In this document: piece by piece, positions 22,847 through 34,921 of the stretch
Position numbering within the stretch: the stretch's first letter is position 1
How the letters are laid out: each line of letters starts with the position of its first letter
Made by a program: the position numbers and the translations under genes
The notes under the pieces: model-generated
What the model was told of the DNA's origin: nothing
What the model saw: the letters and a program-made list of their open reading frames with translations, nothing else
Database searches by the model: none
Assembly (NCBI RefSeq): GCF_964194155.1
Contig: NC_135909.1
Span: 62,001 to 126,000 of the forward strand
DNA: 64,000 nt
Direction: 5' to 3'
Origin: Cetorhinus maximus
Lineage: Eukaryota

Positions 22847-25469
22847 ACCCACAGAGATGTAGAATTTGTGCTTGTGTTTTTGTTCTGCTTGCAAAAGAAC
22901 TTTTCTGATTCTCTAATAGGCTGCCTGAAGTCCTAGAATCAGCATTTTTCCTCATTTTCTTTCAAATTTTATTTTAATTTTCTTTTCATAAACGCTGCAA
23001 TCCAATAATGCTGAATTAGAGCCATAGAGTCATTTACAGCTCAGAAGGAGGCCATTTGTTCCATTGGCAACTTATGTTGGGCACCAGTTTCAAGAGTGCC
23101 AACTGCATGCCAGCATCTCAGCCAAGCCATCCTGGTCCTGATAGGCTATTTCACCATTGGGGTCATCACCCAGTATATATGTACACTTTCCAGCAGAGAC
23201 TCCTGGATAGAGATTGAAAGTGGGAGATCTGGGTGATTCACTCCACTTCCTGATTGCTGAGGGCAAGTGTCATGCTCCTGCTGACATCCTGGCTGAGGGC
23301 AACTAAGTCAGCACAGAACAGTGATTGAATATGTAGCTTGCTGGTTCTGTGTGACTCAGTGCAATGCCATGGACTGCATTTACCCATGAGGTTATTGAGG
23401 GGGAAGAGTTTGGTTTTTCAACTTTATTTTTAAACATTCATGTTTTTTCTCTTATTTCTTTTTTAAAGATATTCTGTCCCATATCAAAGCTGTTTTAATT
23501 TTTGAAATAAGCTGTTTCATGCTACCCATTCCTCTTGAGACTGCTGCTTTAGTGGGAGAATTGAGGCAGTTATAACTATTGGCAAGACAGCCTCACCCTA
23601 CATTATTTCATTTAAATACATGTGCCAGAGCCTCAGCTTTGCTCCTTTCCTAGCTGGGAGCCATTCCATTATCTGCAGCCTTACTGCGCACACATCCTGC
23701 ATGTCACAATCTCTGTAATCGCATGATTGTTACATGCAGGATATGGTCCATGCAATGGACATTTCTTCTCAGCTATACCCAACATCTTCCTAGCAGATTG
23801 CCTCCCTAATGCATTAACTTAGTATATTTATCATTAAGTATCATTGGAAATGTGTATTTTTAAAGTTGGGGAATTGATTTCTAAACCTAGTCAGCCTCTC
23901 CAGCCTGAGTCAGACTCAGCTAAATTGACAAGCAACAAACCTTGAAATGAGCAGGCAAGGGAATGCTGTAAACCTGACTGGAGCCTATTTCAATTGACAA
24001 TTTTGTTCAAAATATTATCACAGGAAGTTACCCTGAAATGCTTTAAAAAATGGGTCTGCGGATAAATACATCAGTGTGTTATGCGCTGGACTGATGTGTA
24101 TAGGTTTGAGTGCTTACTTTTTCATAACCAGCTCTAGGATCTTGGCTATACCATTGGAGGAGGTGAAGAGCAAGGTTCAATTAAAAAAAGGAAGTATTTT
24201 GCCATAGAATATGACGTCGAATATATCGGACAGAAACAGGCCATTCAGCTCAACAGGTCAATGCCAGTGTTTATGCTGCACATTAGTCTTCTCCCACCAT
24301 ACTTTATCTCGCCCTATCATCATACTGCCCTATTTCATTTCCCTTGTGTAATTATTTAGATTCCTCTTAACTACATCTATGCTATTAATTTCAACCACTC
24401 CTTGTGGTAGCGAGTTCCATATTCTCATCGTTCCCTATAAAAAGAAGTCTCTTCTGAATTCGCTATTGGATTTATTAGTGATTGTCTTATATTTATGGCC
24501 CCTAGTTTTGGTCTCCCACACAAATGGAAACATCTTCTCCATGGTTGCTAAGCATTGACCCCTGCTAAGAAGCTCCTTGACTTTGTGGCCACCACCTAAG
24601 TCCATTGATCCGACGACATTAGGCACTGCTGTACCTTGTTTTGAAGTCTAATCTCAGTTTGATTGTTGGGCTCACAATGCACGGGTAAAATAGAATCTGA
24701 CCCTGTTTGTACCCTTGAATCACAGACAGAGCGAGAGAGGACCCATGCTCCAATTATCACCTCTTTAGTATTGCATTTCTGTAGCACCTAGCACAACCTC
24801 AGGATGCTCCAAAATGCTTCACAGCCAATCAAGTCCTTTTGAAGTGTAGGCACTGTTGTAAAGTAGGAGGAAACATCCTCTGGCAAAATAAGGCAAAGAT
24901 AGCAGTTGCCAATTCACCCATCACACTTCCAAGTTGTCATCTGCCCACATCTTTCATTGAATAGCTGAAGACTGATGGTGTGAGGTCAGAGAGTTTTAAT
25001 TCCTTTGTCATATCAGTTCTGCCATTTTTGCATTGAGCAACCAGAGCAAAGTGCGAAGGCCCATCATGTAGGACGAATCAAATTTGACAGAATTAGAAGA
25101 CTATGCAAATGAGTAAAATAAAAAGGGAAAACTGCAAATGCTGGAAATATGCAGTGGGTCAGTCAGCACCTGTAAAGACTAAAAACAGTGTCTGGTATTT
25201 TAGATTTGATTGTAGAAGGAAGTAAAGAGTCATGCAATTTTAAGATTCTAGGGAAGAAACAAACAACAGACTTTTGAGTTTTGGTTTCAACACTGTAAGG
25301 ATGCAGAGTGGAGAAGACAATCTGCCGATGCTGGTTTAAAAATAGGTCAGAGAAAATGCCCAAGTTTCTGTTCCCTGTGGTAGTTCACTCCCATGCAAGG
25401 GGTTAAGAAGGACCAAGCCACTTCCCAGATGAGTGGCAAGAGGCGAATCCCATCGGACACAGATGACAA

Positions 25470-27488
25470 AGGGAGGACGAGGCAACCATGGCTGACAAGG
25501 GAAGTCAGGGACAGCATAAAAGCTAAAGAGAAAACATACAATGCGGTGAAGAGCTGTGGGAAACCAGGGGATTGGGAAGCCTACAAAGACCAACAGAGGA
25601 CAACTAAAAAAGAAGTAAGGAGGGAGAAGATTAAATATGAGGGTAAACTAGCCAGTAATATAAAAGAAGATTGCAAGAGTTTTTTTTAGATATATAAAGG
25701 GTAAGAGAGAGGCAAAAGTGGACATTGGGCCGCTGGAAAATGATGCTGGAGAAGTAGTAGTGGGGAACAAAGAAATGGCGGAGGAACTGAATCTGTACTT
25801 TGCGTCAGTCTTCAAAGTGGAAGACACGAGTGACATCCCCAAAGTTCAAGAGAGTCGGGGGGCAGAGGTGAGTACGGTGGCCATTACCAAGGAGAAGGTG
25901 CTAGGAAAACTGAAAGGTCTGAAGGTGGATAAATCACCTGGACCAGATAGATTACACCCCAGAGTTCTGAAGGAGATAGCTGAAGAGATAGTGGAGGCGT
26001 TAGTGGTGACCTTTCAGGAATCACTCGTGTCAGGGAGGGTCCCAGAGGACTGGAAAATCGCTAATGTAACCCCCCTGTTTAAGAAGGAAGTGAGGCAAAA
26101 GACGGGAAATTACAGGCCGATTAGCCTGACGTCGGTCGTTGGTAAGATTTTAGAGTCCATTATTAAGGATGAGATTTCAGAATACTTGGAAGTGCATGGT
26201 AAAATCGGGCAAAGTCAGCATGGTTTCATCAAGGGGAGGTCATGCCTGATAAATCTGTTAGAATTCTTTGAGGAGGTAACGAGTAGGTTAGACAAAGGAG
26301 AGCCAATGGATGTTATCTACTTGGACTTCCAGAAGGCCTTTGACAAGGTGCCACACAGGAGGCTGCTCAGTAAGATAAGAGCCCATGGTGTTAGAAGCAA
26401 GGTACTAGCATGGATAGAAGATTGGCTGTCTGGCAGGAGGCAGAGAGTGGGGATAAGGGGGTCCTTCTCAGGATGGAGGCCGGTGACTAGTGGAGTTCCG
26501 CAGGGGTCAGTGTTGGGACCACAACTTTTCACTTTATACATTAATGATCTAGATGAAGGAACTGAGGGCATCCTGGCTAAGTTTGCAGATGATACAAAGA
26601 TAGGTGGAGGTACAGGTAGTATTGAGGAGGCGGGGAGGCTGCAGAAGGATTTGGACAGGTTAGGAGAAAGGGCAAAGAAGTGGCAGATGGAATACAACGT
26701 GGGGAAGTGTGAGGTCATGCACTTTGGTAGGAAGAATAGAGGCATAGACTATTTTCTAAATGGGGAGAGAATTCAGAAATCTGGAGTGCAAAGGGACTTG
26801 GGAGTCCTAGTCCAGGATTCTCTTAAGGCTAACTTGCAGGTTGAGTCAGTAGTTAGTAAGGCAAATGCAATGTTGGCATTTATTTCGAGAGGACTAGAAT
26901 ATAAAAGCAGGGATGTGCTGCTGAGGCTTTATAAGGCTCTGGTCAGACCACATTTAGAATATTGTGAGCAATTTTGGGCCCCCATATCTCAGGAAGGATG
27001 TGCTGGCCCTGGAGAGGGTCCAGAGGAGGTTCACGAGAACGATCCCAGGAATGAAAGGCTTAACATATGAGGAACGTTTGAGGACTCTGGGTCTATACTC
27101 GATGGAGTTTAGAAGGATGAGGGAAGGTCGGATTGAAACTTACAGAATACTGAAAGGCCTGGATAGAGTGGACGTGGGGAAGATGTTTCCATTAGTAGGA
27201 GAGACTAGGACCCGAGGGCACAGCCTCAGAGTAAAGGGAAGACCTTTTTGGAAGAGAGATGAGGAGAAACTTCTTTAGCCAGAGAGTGGTGAATCTATGG
27301 AATTCATTGGCCAGGTCATTGAGTGTATTTAAGACGGAGATAGATAGGTTCTTGATTGGTAAGGGGATCAAAGGTTACGGGGAGAAGGCGAGAGAATGGG
27401 GTTGAGAAACTTATCAGCCATGATTGAATGGCGGAGCAGATTTGATGGGCCGATTGGCCTAATTTCTGCTCCTATGTCTTATGGTCTT
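25470..27488 (+). mobile_element. 5'-truncated CR1-clade LINE nested in the Tx1 element; RT domain ORF 25718-27070
   Basis: NYRPISLTS, YLDFQKAFD, SGVPQGSVLGP, FADD; tail CCTATGTCTTATGGTCTT; direct repeat ATGACAA at 25463-25469 and 27489-27495; +1 frameshifts in homopolymers near 25685 and 26980. Confidence 0.95.
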
Positions 27489-28876
27489 ATGACAAGGGCT
27501 GCTGCTCTTCAGACAAAAAAGGGCAAGGGCGGCACCTACAGAAGAAGTGGCAAAGCTCTAGGGAACTGGAGGAGGAGACACCCTAGCTCCAGAACATTGG
27601 AGACAATGAAGAGACCAGTGCCCCCCAACTTTGCCCTCAACTTCATGAGGCCTGCGCACCCAACTCCGGGAAGCCGAGAGCAGCAATGCCCTGGAGGGGG
27701 AATGGATTGGACAGACTTCTCCAACAGAGAATAATTCAAACTTCGCCCCTTGCACAAACCCCCCCCCCGATGCCACCTGAGCAGAACATTTCTAATGGGG
27801 CGGTTCAGGAAGGTTTCCCCAGCCCATCCAAAGTGAGACAATTTGCAAACACCAAGGGTATGCAGGAGCAGACCAAAGGACTGGAACTGTCAAAGACAAA
27901 AGGTCTGGTAAGCAACAAAATGCTTTAAAAATGGGGATAAAGATTGTATCCATTAACACGCATAGTGTTAAATCTACTACGCGATGTGTTGCGACCTTGG
28001 ATTACCTTGCCAAGCTCAAAGCTGACCTGTTTCTGCAGGAGTGTGCGATACCGCACCTCAACTCCTACAGGCAATGGTCATGATGGTGGTCCCATGGGCC
28101 ATCAATCTGGTCGGGAGGAAACGGCTCACCTTCCTCTGGCCTGGGTATCCTGCTGCGGGGAGGAGACTTCGCCATCTCCGAGGTTAAGGAGGTGGTGGGC
28201 AGGCGCCTCCTCGTAGCAGACGTATTGTACAACACTGCTCCACTTTGGTTAATTGATGTGTGTGCCCCGGCTCAAAACAGTGAGTGGCTGGCAGTCCTTC
28301 AGTAGCTCCCACTGCTGCTTCAACTTCCAGTCCGGTTATTCTTGGCGGTAACTTCAACTGCATCATCGATGCAGCTGGACGATCCAGCAGGGCCGAGAGC
28401 AGACTGGACGCCACGTTCAGATTTCTGATGGAAACAATAAAGAATGCCAAGCTGAACGATGTCCTCAGCAACCCTGCAGATGGAGTGCAGCATAGATACA
28501 CCTGATCGTGGCCAGACGGGTCCAGCCATTCCAGGATAGACTTCCTGTTTGAGTCCCGAGCGTTCACAGTCAGATCCACCAACATCAAGCCAGTGTTCTT
28601 CTCTGACCACTGCCTCCTACTGGCCGCCTGTCACTTACAGGAAGACCAGAGGGCTGGCAGGGGGACATGGAATCTGAACATGCAACCCTGACCCCAGAGA
28701 ACATTGAGGAACTCAAGAGGGATTACAAAGGTTGGAGAATCTTGAAGCCCCTCTTTGAGTCCCTGACATACTGGTGGGAAGCGATCAAGGAGAACATCAA
28801 GAAATTTTTCATTCTCAAAGGTGTTCAGAAAGCTAGAAAGGGACAGAGGGAAACGTCCCAAATCCAGAAAAACATG

Positions 28877-29445
28877 GGGAAGAATTTTCGGGTCAGTGAG
28901 CAGGGGCATGGCGGGTGTCCCGACGTCACCACGCGCCATTTAGATTTTCAGTTCGGTGGGCGCACAGCCGAGTCGGTTGCATGCCTGCCGAACTGTCAAA
29001 GGCCTATTAAGCCCATTTAAATAGTCATTAAAACAATTAACGGAGCTGCTCATCCAACCTTAAGGTTGGCGGGCAGGCGAAGAGCCCAGGCGGCCTTCGC
29101 ATTTCTCATGGAACCTCATCCATGGGCGGGATGAGGCTTCATGAAGATTTCATTAATTAAATAAAATTTTTAATCAAAATTCATGAACATGTCCCAGCTC
29201 ATGTATCACTGTCACATGAGGGGACATGTCTCAAAACATTTTCTATTCTTTATTTACATTTTTAAACCTTAAACTAATCTCCCTGAGGCACAGAGGTGCC
29301 TCGGAGATTTCTGTGCTCTTTCGCGCGCATGCGAAAGAGCGCAGGCCCCGACTCGGAATTCGGCGGCGCGGCTCCGATCGGGGGTGCCAATCGGGTTCGC
29401 GCATGTCCCCGCACAACCCCCACCGATGGGGGGAAATTTCTGCCC
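28877..29445. mobile_element. Non-autonomous PIF/Harbinger-type MITE nested in Tx1 ORF2
   Basis: TIRs GGGAAGAATTTTC / GAAATTTCTGCCC; 3-bp TSD ATG (28874-28876, 29446-29448); removing it restores the host frame QKNM-KNLLWL. Confidence 0.85.
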
Positions 29446-32400
29446 ATGAAGAACCTGCTCTGGCTGCGGTCGATGGGGGTCGATGTCAAGGAGAACTCCA
29501 AGAGGTGAAGAGCCAGCAAGCCTCAATCTTTGCCTCGGAGGCCTCCAAGATCAGCTTCTAGCCCAGAGCCTGCTCCATGGAGCAGGATGAGACATGTTCA
29601 TGTTTCTTCTTCAAGAGGTACACAGAGAGAGCTCTGATCAGCAGCCTGAAGGAAGAAAACGACTCAGTAAAGTCATTGCAGTCCGACATTTTGAGGATCA
29701 GCAAATCTTTTTATGCCAGATTATATGACATGAAGCCCACAGGCGGCACAGTCTCCCAGTCCTCCCCGTCCTCTATCATGGAGGCCTTAGACGACTGTTC
29801 ACAGGAGAGTCTGGACAAACCGCTAATTCCTGACGAACTGACTAAGTCCCTTGAGTCGTTCGAGAAGAGTAAAACTCCTGGAAGCAGCGACTTACCGGCT
29901 GAGTTTTATTCGGCTCTGTGGGACTGGATCGGCCCAGACCTGCTGGAAGTGTACAAGAGTATGCTCCTGTCCAGCAGCATGTCAGAATCCATGAGGAAAG
30001 GTATCATCACCCTCATCTACAAGCGGAAGTGGGAAAAGGAGGAAATTAGAAATTGGTGACCCATATCACTGTTGAATGTTGACTATAAGATTCCGCCCAA
30101 CGTCATCGCCAATCAGGTCAGGCCTGCTCTGGAGTTAGTGATCCACCCTGACCAGACCTGCGCTATACCCAGCAGGAAGATCTCTGACAGTCTTGTGCTA
30201 CTCAGGGATACGATTGCCTATGTGGACACCTGCCTCTTCAGCCTGGACCAGGAGAAGGCCTTTGACAGAGTATCGCACACCTACATGGTGGATGTGCTCC
30301 CCAAAATGGGATTTGGGCAGGGAATCCGCACTGGATCCAAATGCTCTACACAAACATAAGCAACGCAGTTTCAATCAATGGGTGGGAATCGGAAAGCTTT
30401 CCAATTAAATCTGGAGTCAGGCAGGGCTGCCCTCTCTCCCCTGTCCTGTTTGTGTGTTGCATAGAACCCTTTGCTGAGTCCATCAGGAAGGACTAGGCAT
30501 AAGAGGAGTGACGATCCCACGCAGTGGAGGCACTCAGGCCAAAGCCTCACTGCACACGGACGATGTCACCGTCTTCTGCTGGGATCTGCTGTTGGTGCGC
30601 GGACTGATCAACATCTGCAACCAGTTCGAACTGGACTCGGGAGCCAAGGTAAATCATGGCAAGAATGAGGCCATGTTCTTTGGGAACTGGGCCGACCGAT
30701 CCTTCATCCCCTTCACCATCAGGTCACACTACCTGAAGATGCTGGGGATATGGTTTGGAGGGACCAGGGCATGTGTTAGGAACTGGAAGGAGCGAGTGGC
30801 TATGTGAAAAGAAAACTGAGCGTGTGTGAGTGATGCTCCCTCTCCATTGCGGGTAAGAACCTGGTCATCAGGTGTAAGGTACTCTTGGTGTTGCTGTACG
30901 TGATGCAGGTCTGGCCCATTTCCCCTGCACTGTGGCAATCACCTGAGCCATCTTTTGCTTTATGTGGAGGTCTAAAATGGATCATGTTCGCAGTGACACG
31001 ATGTACAAACCTCAAGATAAAGGAGGAAAAAACGTGCCCAACATTGCCCTCATCCTGATGGCCACCTTTGTGTGTGGTTGTATCAAGCTGTGCATAGACC
31101 CTCGGTACACAAACACCAAGTATCACTACTTGCTGAGGTTCTACCTGTTTCTGGTGTTGCGAACGATGGGTCTGGTCAAGCTGCCGCGGAACGCTCCAAG
31201 TAGTTGGACCGTGCCATACCACCTGTCCCTCGTGGAAAAACTTTTGCAGACCTTTGACCACAAGTCCATCAGGCAATGGTCGGCACGTAACGTCCTAGAG
31301 GCCCTGCAGGAAAAGGAGATGGTGGATCCTATCGGATGGTTCCCCAAGCAGACTGTCAAAGCCATTTGGCAGAATGCCTCATTGCCAGAACTTTCCAACA
31401 AGCACCATGACGTGGTTTGGTTGGTGGTGAGAAAGGCCCTCCCCATCAGATCCTTCCTACACACCAGGAGTCTCACCCCCTCCACACGCTGCTCTCATGG
31501 TGGCTGTGGTGAGGAAGAGACCGTTGTTCATCTCCTTGTAGATTGTGCCTTTGCAAAGAAGGTCTGGAGAGAAATGCAGTGGTTTTTGTCAAGGTTCATC
31601 CTGAGCAGTTCTGTGACACAGGACTCTGTACTCTATGGGCTGTTCCCAGGGGGACACACTGAGACGAACATCAACTGCAGCTGGAGGATCATCAACTTGG
31701 TGAAAGACGCTCTTTGGTCTGCCTGAAACGTGTTGGTCTTCCAGTGCAAAGAGTTGTCCCCGACCAAGTGTTGCGACTGGCACTTTCCAAGGTCCAGGAC
31801 TATGTGCTGAGGGATGCACTAAAGTTTGGGGCAGCTGCCGCAAAGGCGCAATGGGGAAAAATTGCTGTCTAAGACTTTTCTGCCATAGTGCCCTGAGGAG
31901 CTGAGAATTGTATAGACCCCTTGGGCTGTATGACTCACATTGAATATATGCAGTGAAAACTACATGTATCAGAATTGTATTGAAACACCTCAGAGTGCAA
32001 CATGATCTATTTTGATAACTTGAATACCATTGCACTGCCTGACTGACTATAATGACCATGTTGAAATGTCTGTAATGTTCATTGATTGTATTGAAGCACC
32101 TCATGATCTATGTGGAAAACTGAAATATTATTGCACTTTTTGTGATGGCCATTTTGAAATGTTTGTAATGTTCTTTCAGATATTTTATGAATAAATATAT
32201 TTTTCAAAAAAAAAGTTCACTCCCTTCCTGTAGTGAAGCTTTCTGCTCATTTGTGCCCATGAGGGGGGACATGATTCAGAACAGAAATTCTGTGGAAAAT
32301 TGAGCTAGAAGCTGGTGTCTTGCCACTCTAGTGCAATGCATTGGAGATCCACTTTGCTGGATCATCTTTCTTCCCCACTCACTATGTCTTTGTGGTATGA

Positions 32401-33959
32401 AGGAGCAATGTTCTCTTTTCTACTGTAGGGAAAAGCAAGGTGGAAATCAAAGTAATGCCTTCATCCTGTCCCATTCCCTGAAAGTGGAGCAACTCAGATG
32501 GAGTTTTGCTGATTCCTGATGATTTTTATCATCTCTGTCCCACTCCAAAGTACTGATGAATTCTTTTATGTCAATAACTGAACAAAGATGCTTTGTGCAT
32601 CTTGTGATTACCTTGTGCTAAGGTAATAATTTGCTTCTGAGGACTATGTCAGTACATTTTATCATAGGAAAAGTACAGATTGAAAAATGGCGATTTGGCA
32701 AATCAAAGCTGATCCTTCTTGTATCCTAGCTTCAACATACCATCCAGCCTCAATGTTTTCTGCTGTATTACAATACCTGACAAAAGATTCTAACTATTTC
32801 TTATTGAGTAAAGACAATCTTCTGATTATCTGTTGTAAATTTAGCCTCCTCTCATTTCCTTTTATGTCCTCTTGTGTTACTGCTTTTGTGCACTTTAAAA
32901 CCTGAGCTAGTTTACCATATGCATTGATAACATTTAATGTTTAAATATTAAAGACAGCCCTGTAATTACCTTGCCACGACTTTTATTCACAGAGAACACG
33001 TGCCTCTTGTATCTGATTTTTAAAACCTATTTTAAAACTGTTCTTTAGATCCAATATTTTACCGATTTCAAGAGGTCAGTACCTTAATGACGTAATCGCT
33101 AATATCACCACAGATGTTGCAAAGGGTATCACACAGGAGCAGAGGAAAATGAGACCTGCACCTTCCTGAAGGAACCACCCTCACACCGAATTTATCATGG
33201 GTTTAAATGGCTCTTCTACTCTTGTGGTCCCTCCAGCAATTCATTTGGTGATGCTCCAAGTTGGAGAGGAACTAGGCGGGGGCGGAATGGGGTAAATTGG
33301 ACTCGACCTACCCCAAGACTGCTTAGCTTCCCAACTGGTGATATACCTGAAAAGAGATCATGGTGCCTGCCTGCAGAAGTAGAGAGGAAATTGGATGAAG
33401 TTGTTCACAAGCCTCTTTATGGTTGGTCTAAGAGGACATTGATGGAGGTCCGGATGCTGGCTACCAGCCAATCCTTCCAACTCACTTGCAGAAACTCTGG
33501 TGGAAAATTGGACGCGTTAGGCTGTTTCAAAAACAAATGCATAACTGTGGGGCTAATTGTAAATCCTGCTGGCCAAAAGAAGCCGTGTTTGATAAGTAGC
33601 TTAATATATTTAACCCAAATTGGTCCAGTAATCTGACATGATTGCAACACAACGGGAATTAATGAAGATTGGTTAGAAATAGTTGAGTAGGCTAAAAGAA
33701 AGAAAAGCTGTGGTTGAGGAAGATTGAAGAACAATTCTCATTATTCTCAAACACACACAGACACACCTGATGATTCTAACCCAATCAGCTGCCTAAAATT
33801 TTGTATGGAAGGTACTGCTATTGAGCAGTTTCGCAGCTTCGGTAGCAGAGACCTCTGGTTTGCTGGGCCAAGCACAATTGGGATACATCCAGATCACCAA
33901 GGTGTGATGATGGCTGGCTGCAGACGGTTTAAGAACAGACAGAGAAACATGAGTGAAAG

Positions 33960-34340
33960 ATTTATTTTCAAAAAATATATTTTATTCATGTGTATAGCTA
34001 CATTACATAACAGTCAAATTTAACATTACATAAAATGCAAAACAGATCAGTTTCTTTCCACACACTCTGAGGTGCCTCACTACACTTAGAATTATAGGTT
34101 AAATCTGCAGTATTCATTTCATATTAAACATGCAACCCACAAGGTTTTACACAGTTTTCAGCCCCTTGGTGCTCCATGGCAGGAGCACCATAGACTGTGG
34201 CATTTCCAACTGCGCCTTTGCGGTGGCTTCCCTGAGCTTTAGTGCCTCCCTCAGCATGTTGTCCTGGACCTTGGAACATGCAGTCTGCAACAGTCTGGGA
34301 CACGGACAACTCTTTGCACTAGAAAACCAGCAAGCTCTAG
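33960..34340 (-). mobile_element. Tx1-family 3' fragment
   Basis: Minus strand SKVQDNMLREALKL matches SKVQDYVLRDALK at about 31785-31825; similar AATAAA(A)TATATTTTT end. Confidence 0.8.
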
Positions 34341-34552
34341 ACCAAGTCCATGTGGTGTCGGTACACTCACAGTTCTGTAAGGGAGGAAAAAAAAATAATT
34401 CTGCTCTCAACTGAACATAAGCTATGACTTTATTTGAATTTATATATTAACTTGCTTGTTGGAATAGATGATTAAAATTATTCATTCTTGGGCTGTGGGT
34501 GACTCTAACAAGACAGTATGAATTGTCTATAGTCAGGTGTCATGAAGACATT

Positions 34553-34921
34553 GGGCTGAATTTTGCCGTTGGCGAGCAGGAGGCGGGGCCCGCTTGCCAA
34601 CGCACAAAATGTCGCGGGATGATGTCGGGGGGAACCCCCAATGTCATCCCACCCCATTTAAATCTTCAGGAAGCTGGGCCTGCAGCAAAATCAGCTGCGG
34701 GCCCGCCGACCTGTCAATGGCCAATTGAGGCCATTGACAGGATCATTAAAACAATTAAAGGACCTGCCCGTCCAACCTTAAGGTTGGCGGGCAGGCCAGG
34801 AGCCCCTGAATAGAAAAAACATGAAACCTCATCCACTGGCGGAATGAGGTTTCATGTAGGGATTTAAAAAGTTAATAAAGTTTTAATGAAATTTATTAAC
34901 ATGTCCCATCTCGTGTGACAT
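34553..34921. mobile_element. Partial copy (left half) of the same Harbinger-type MITE family
   Basis: Starts GGGCTGAATTTT; shares CCAACCTTAAGGTTGGCGGGCAGG and the downstream hairpin with 28877-29445. Confidence 0.8.

Larger units (their letters stand above)
25393..32213 (+). mobile_element. Tx1/L1-clade LINE, 5'-truncated (end of ORF1 plus disrupted ORF2 27931-31872), carrying two nested insertions
   Basis: APE motifs SIN, FLQEC, GGNFN, SRIDF, SDHC; RT motifs PISLLNVDYKI, LDQEKAFDRVSH, GVRQGCPLSP, TDD; C-terminal Cys/His motif ETVVHLLVDC; AATAAA near 32190 plus A tail; TSD AGTTCACTCCC at 25382-25392 and 32214-32224. Confidence 0.92.

Noticed and set aside
25718-27070. 450-aa ORF as a host gene or active retrotransposon
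   Set aside because: It is the RT part of a 5'-truncated CR1 with no endonuclease domain and flanking frameshifts.
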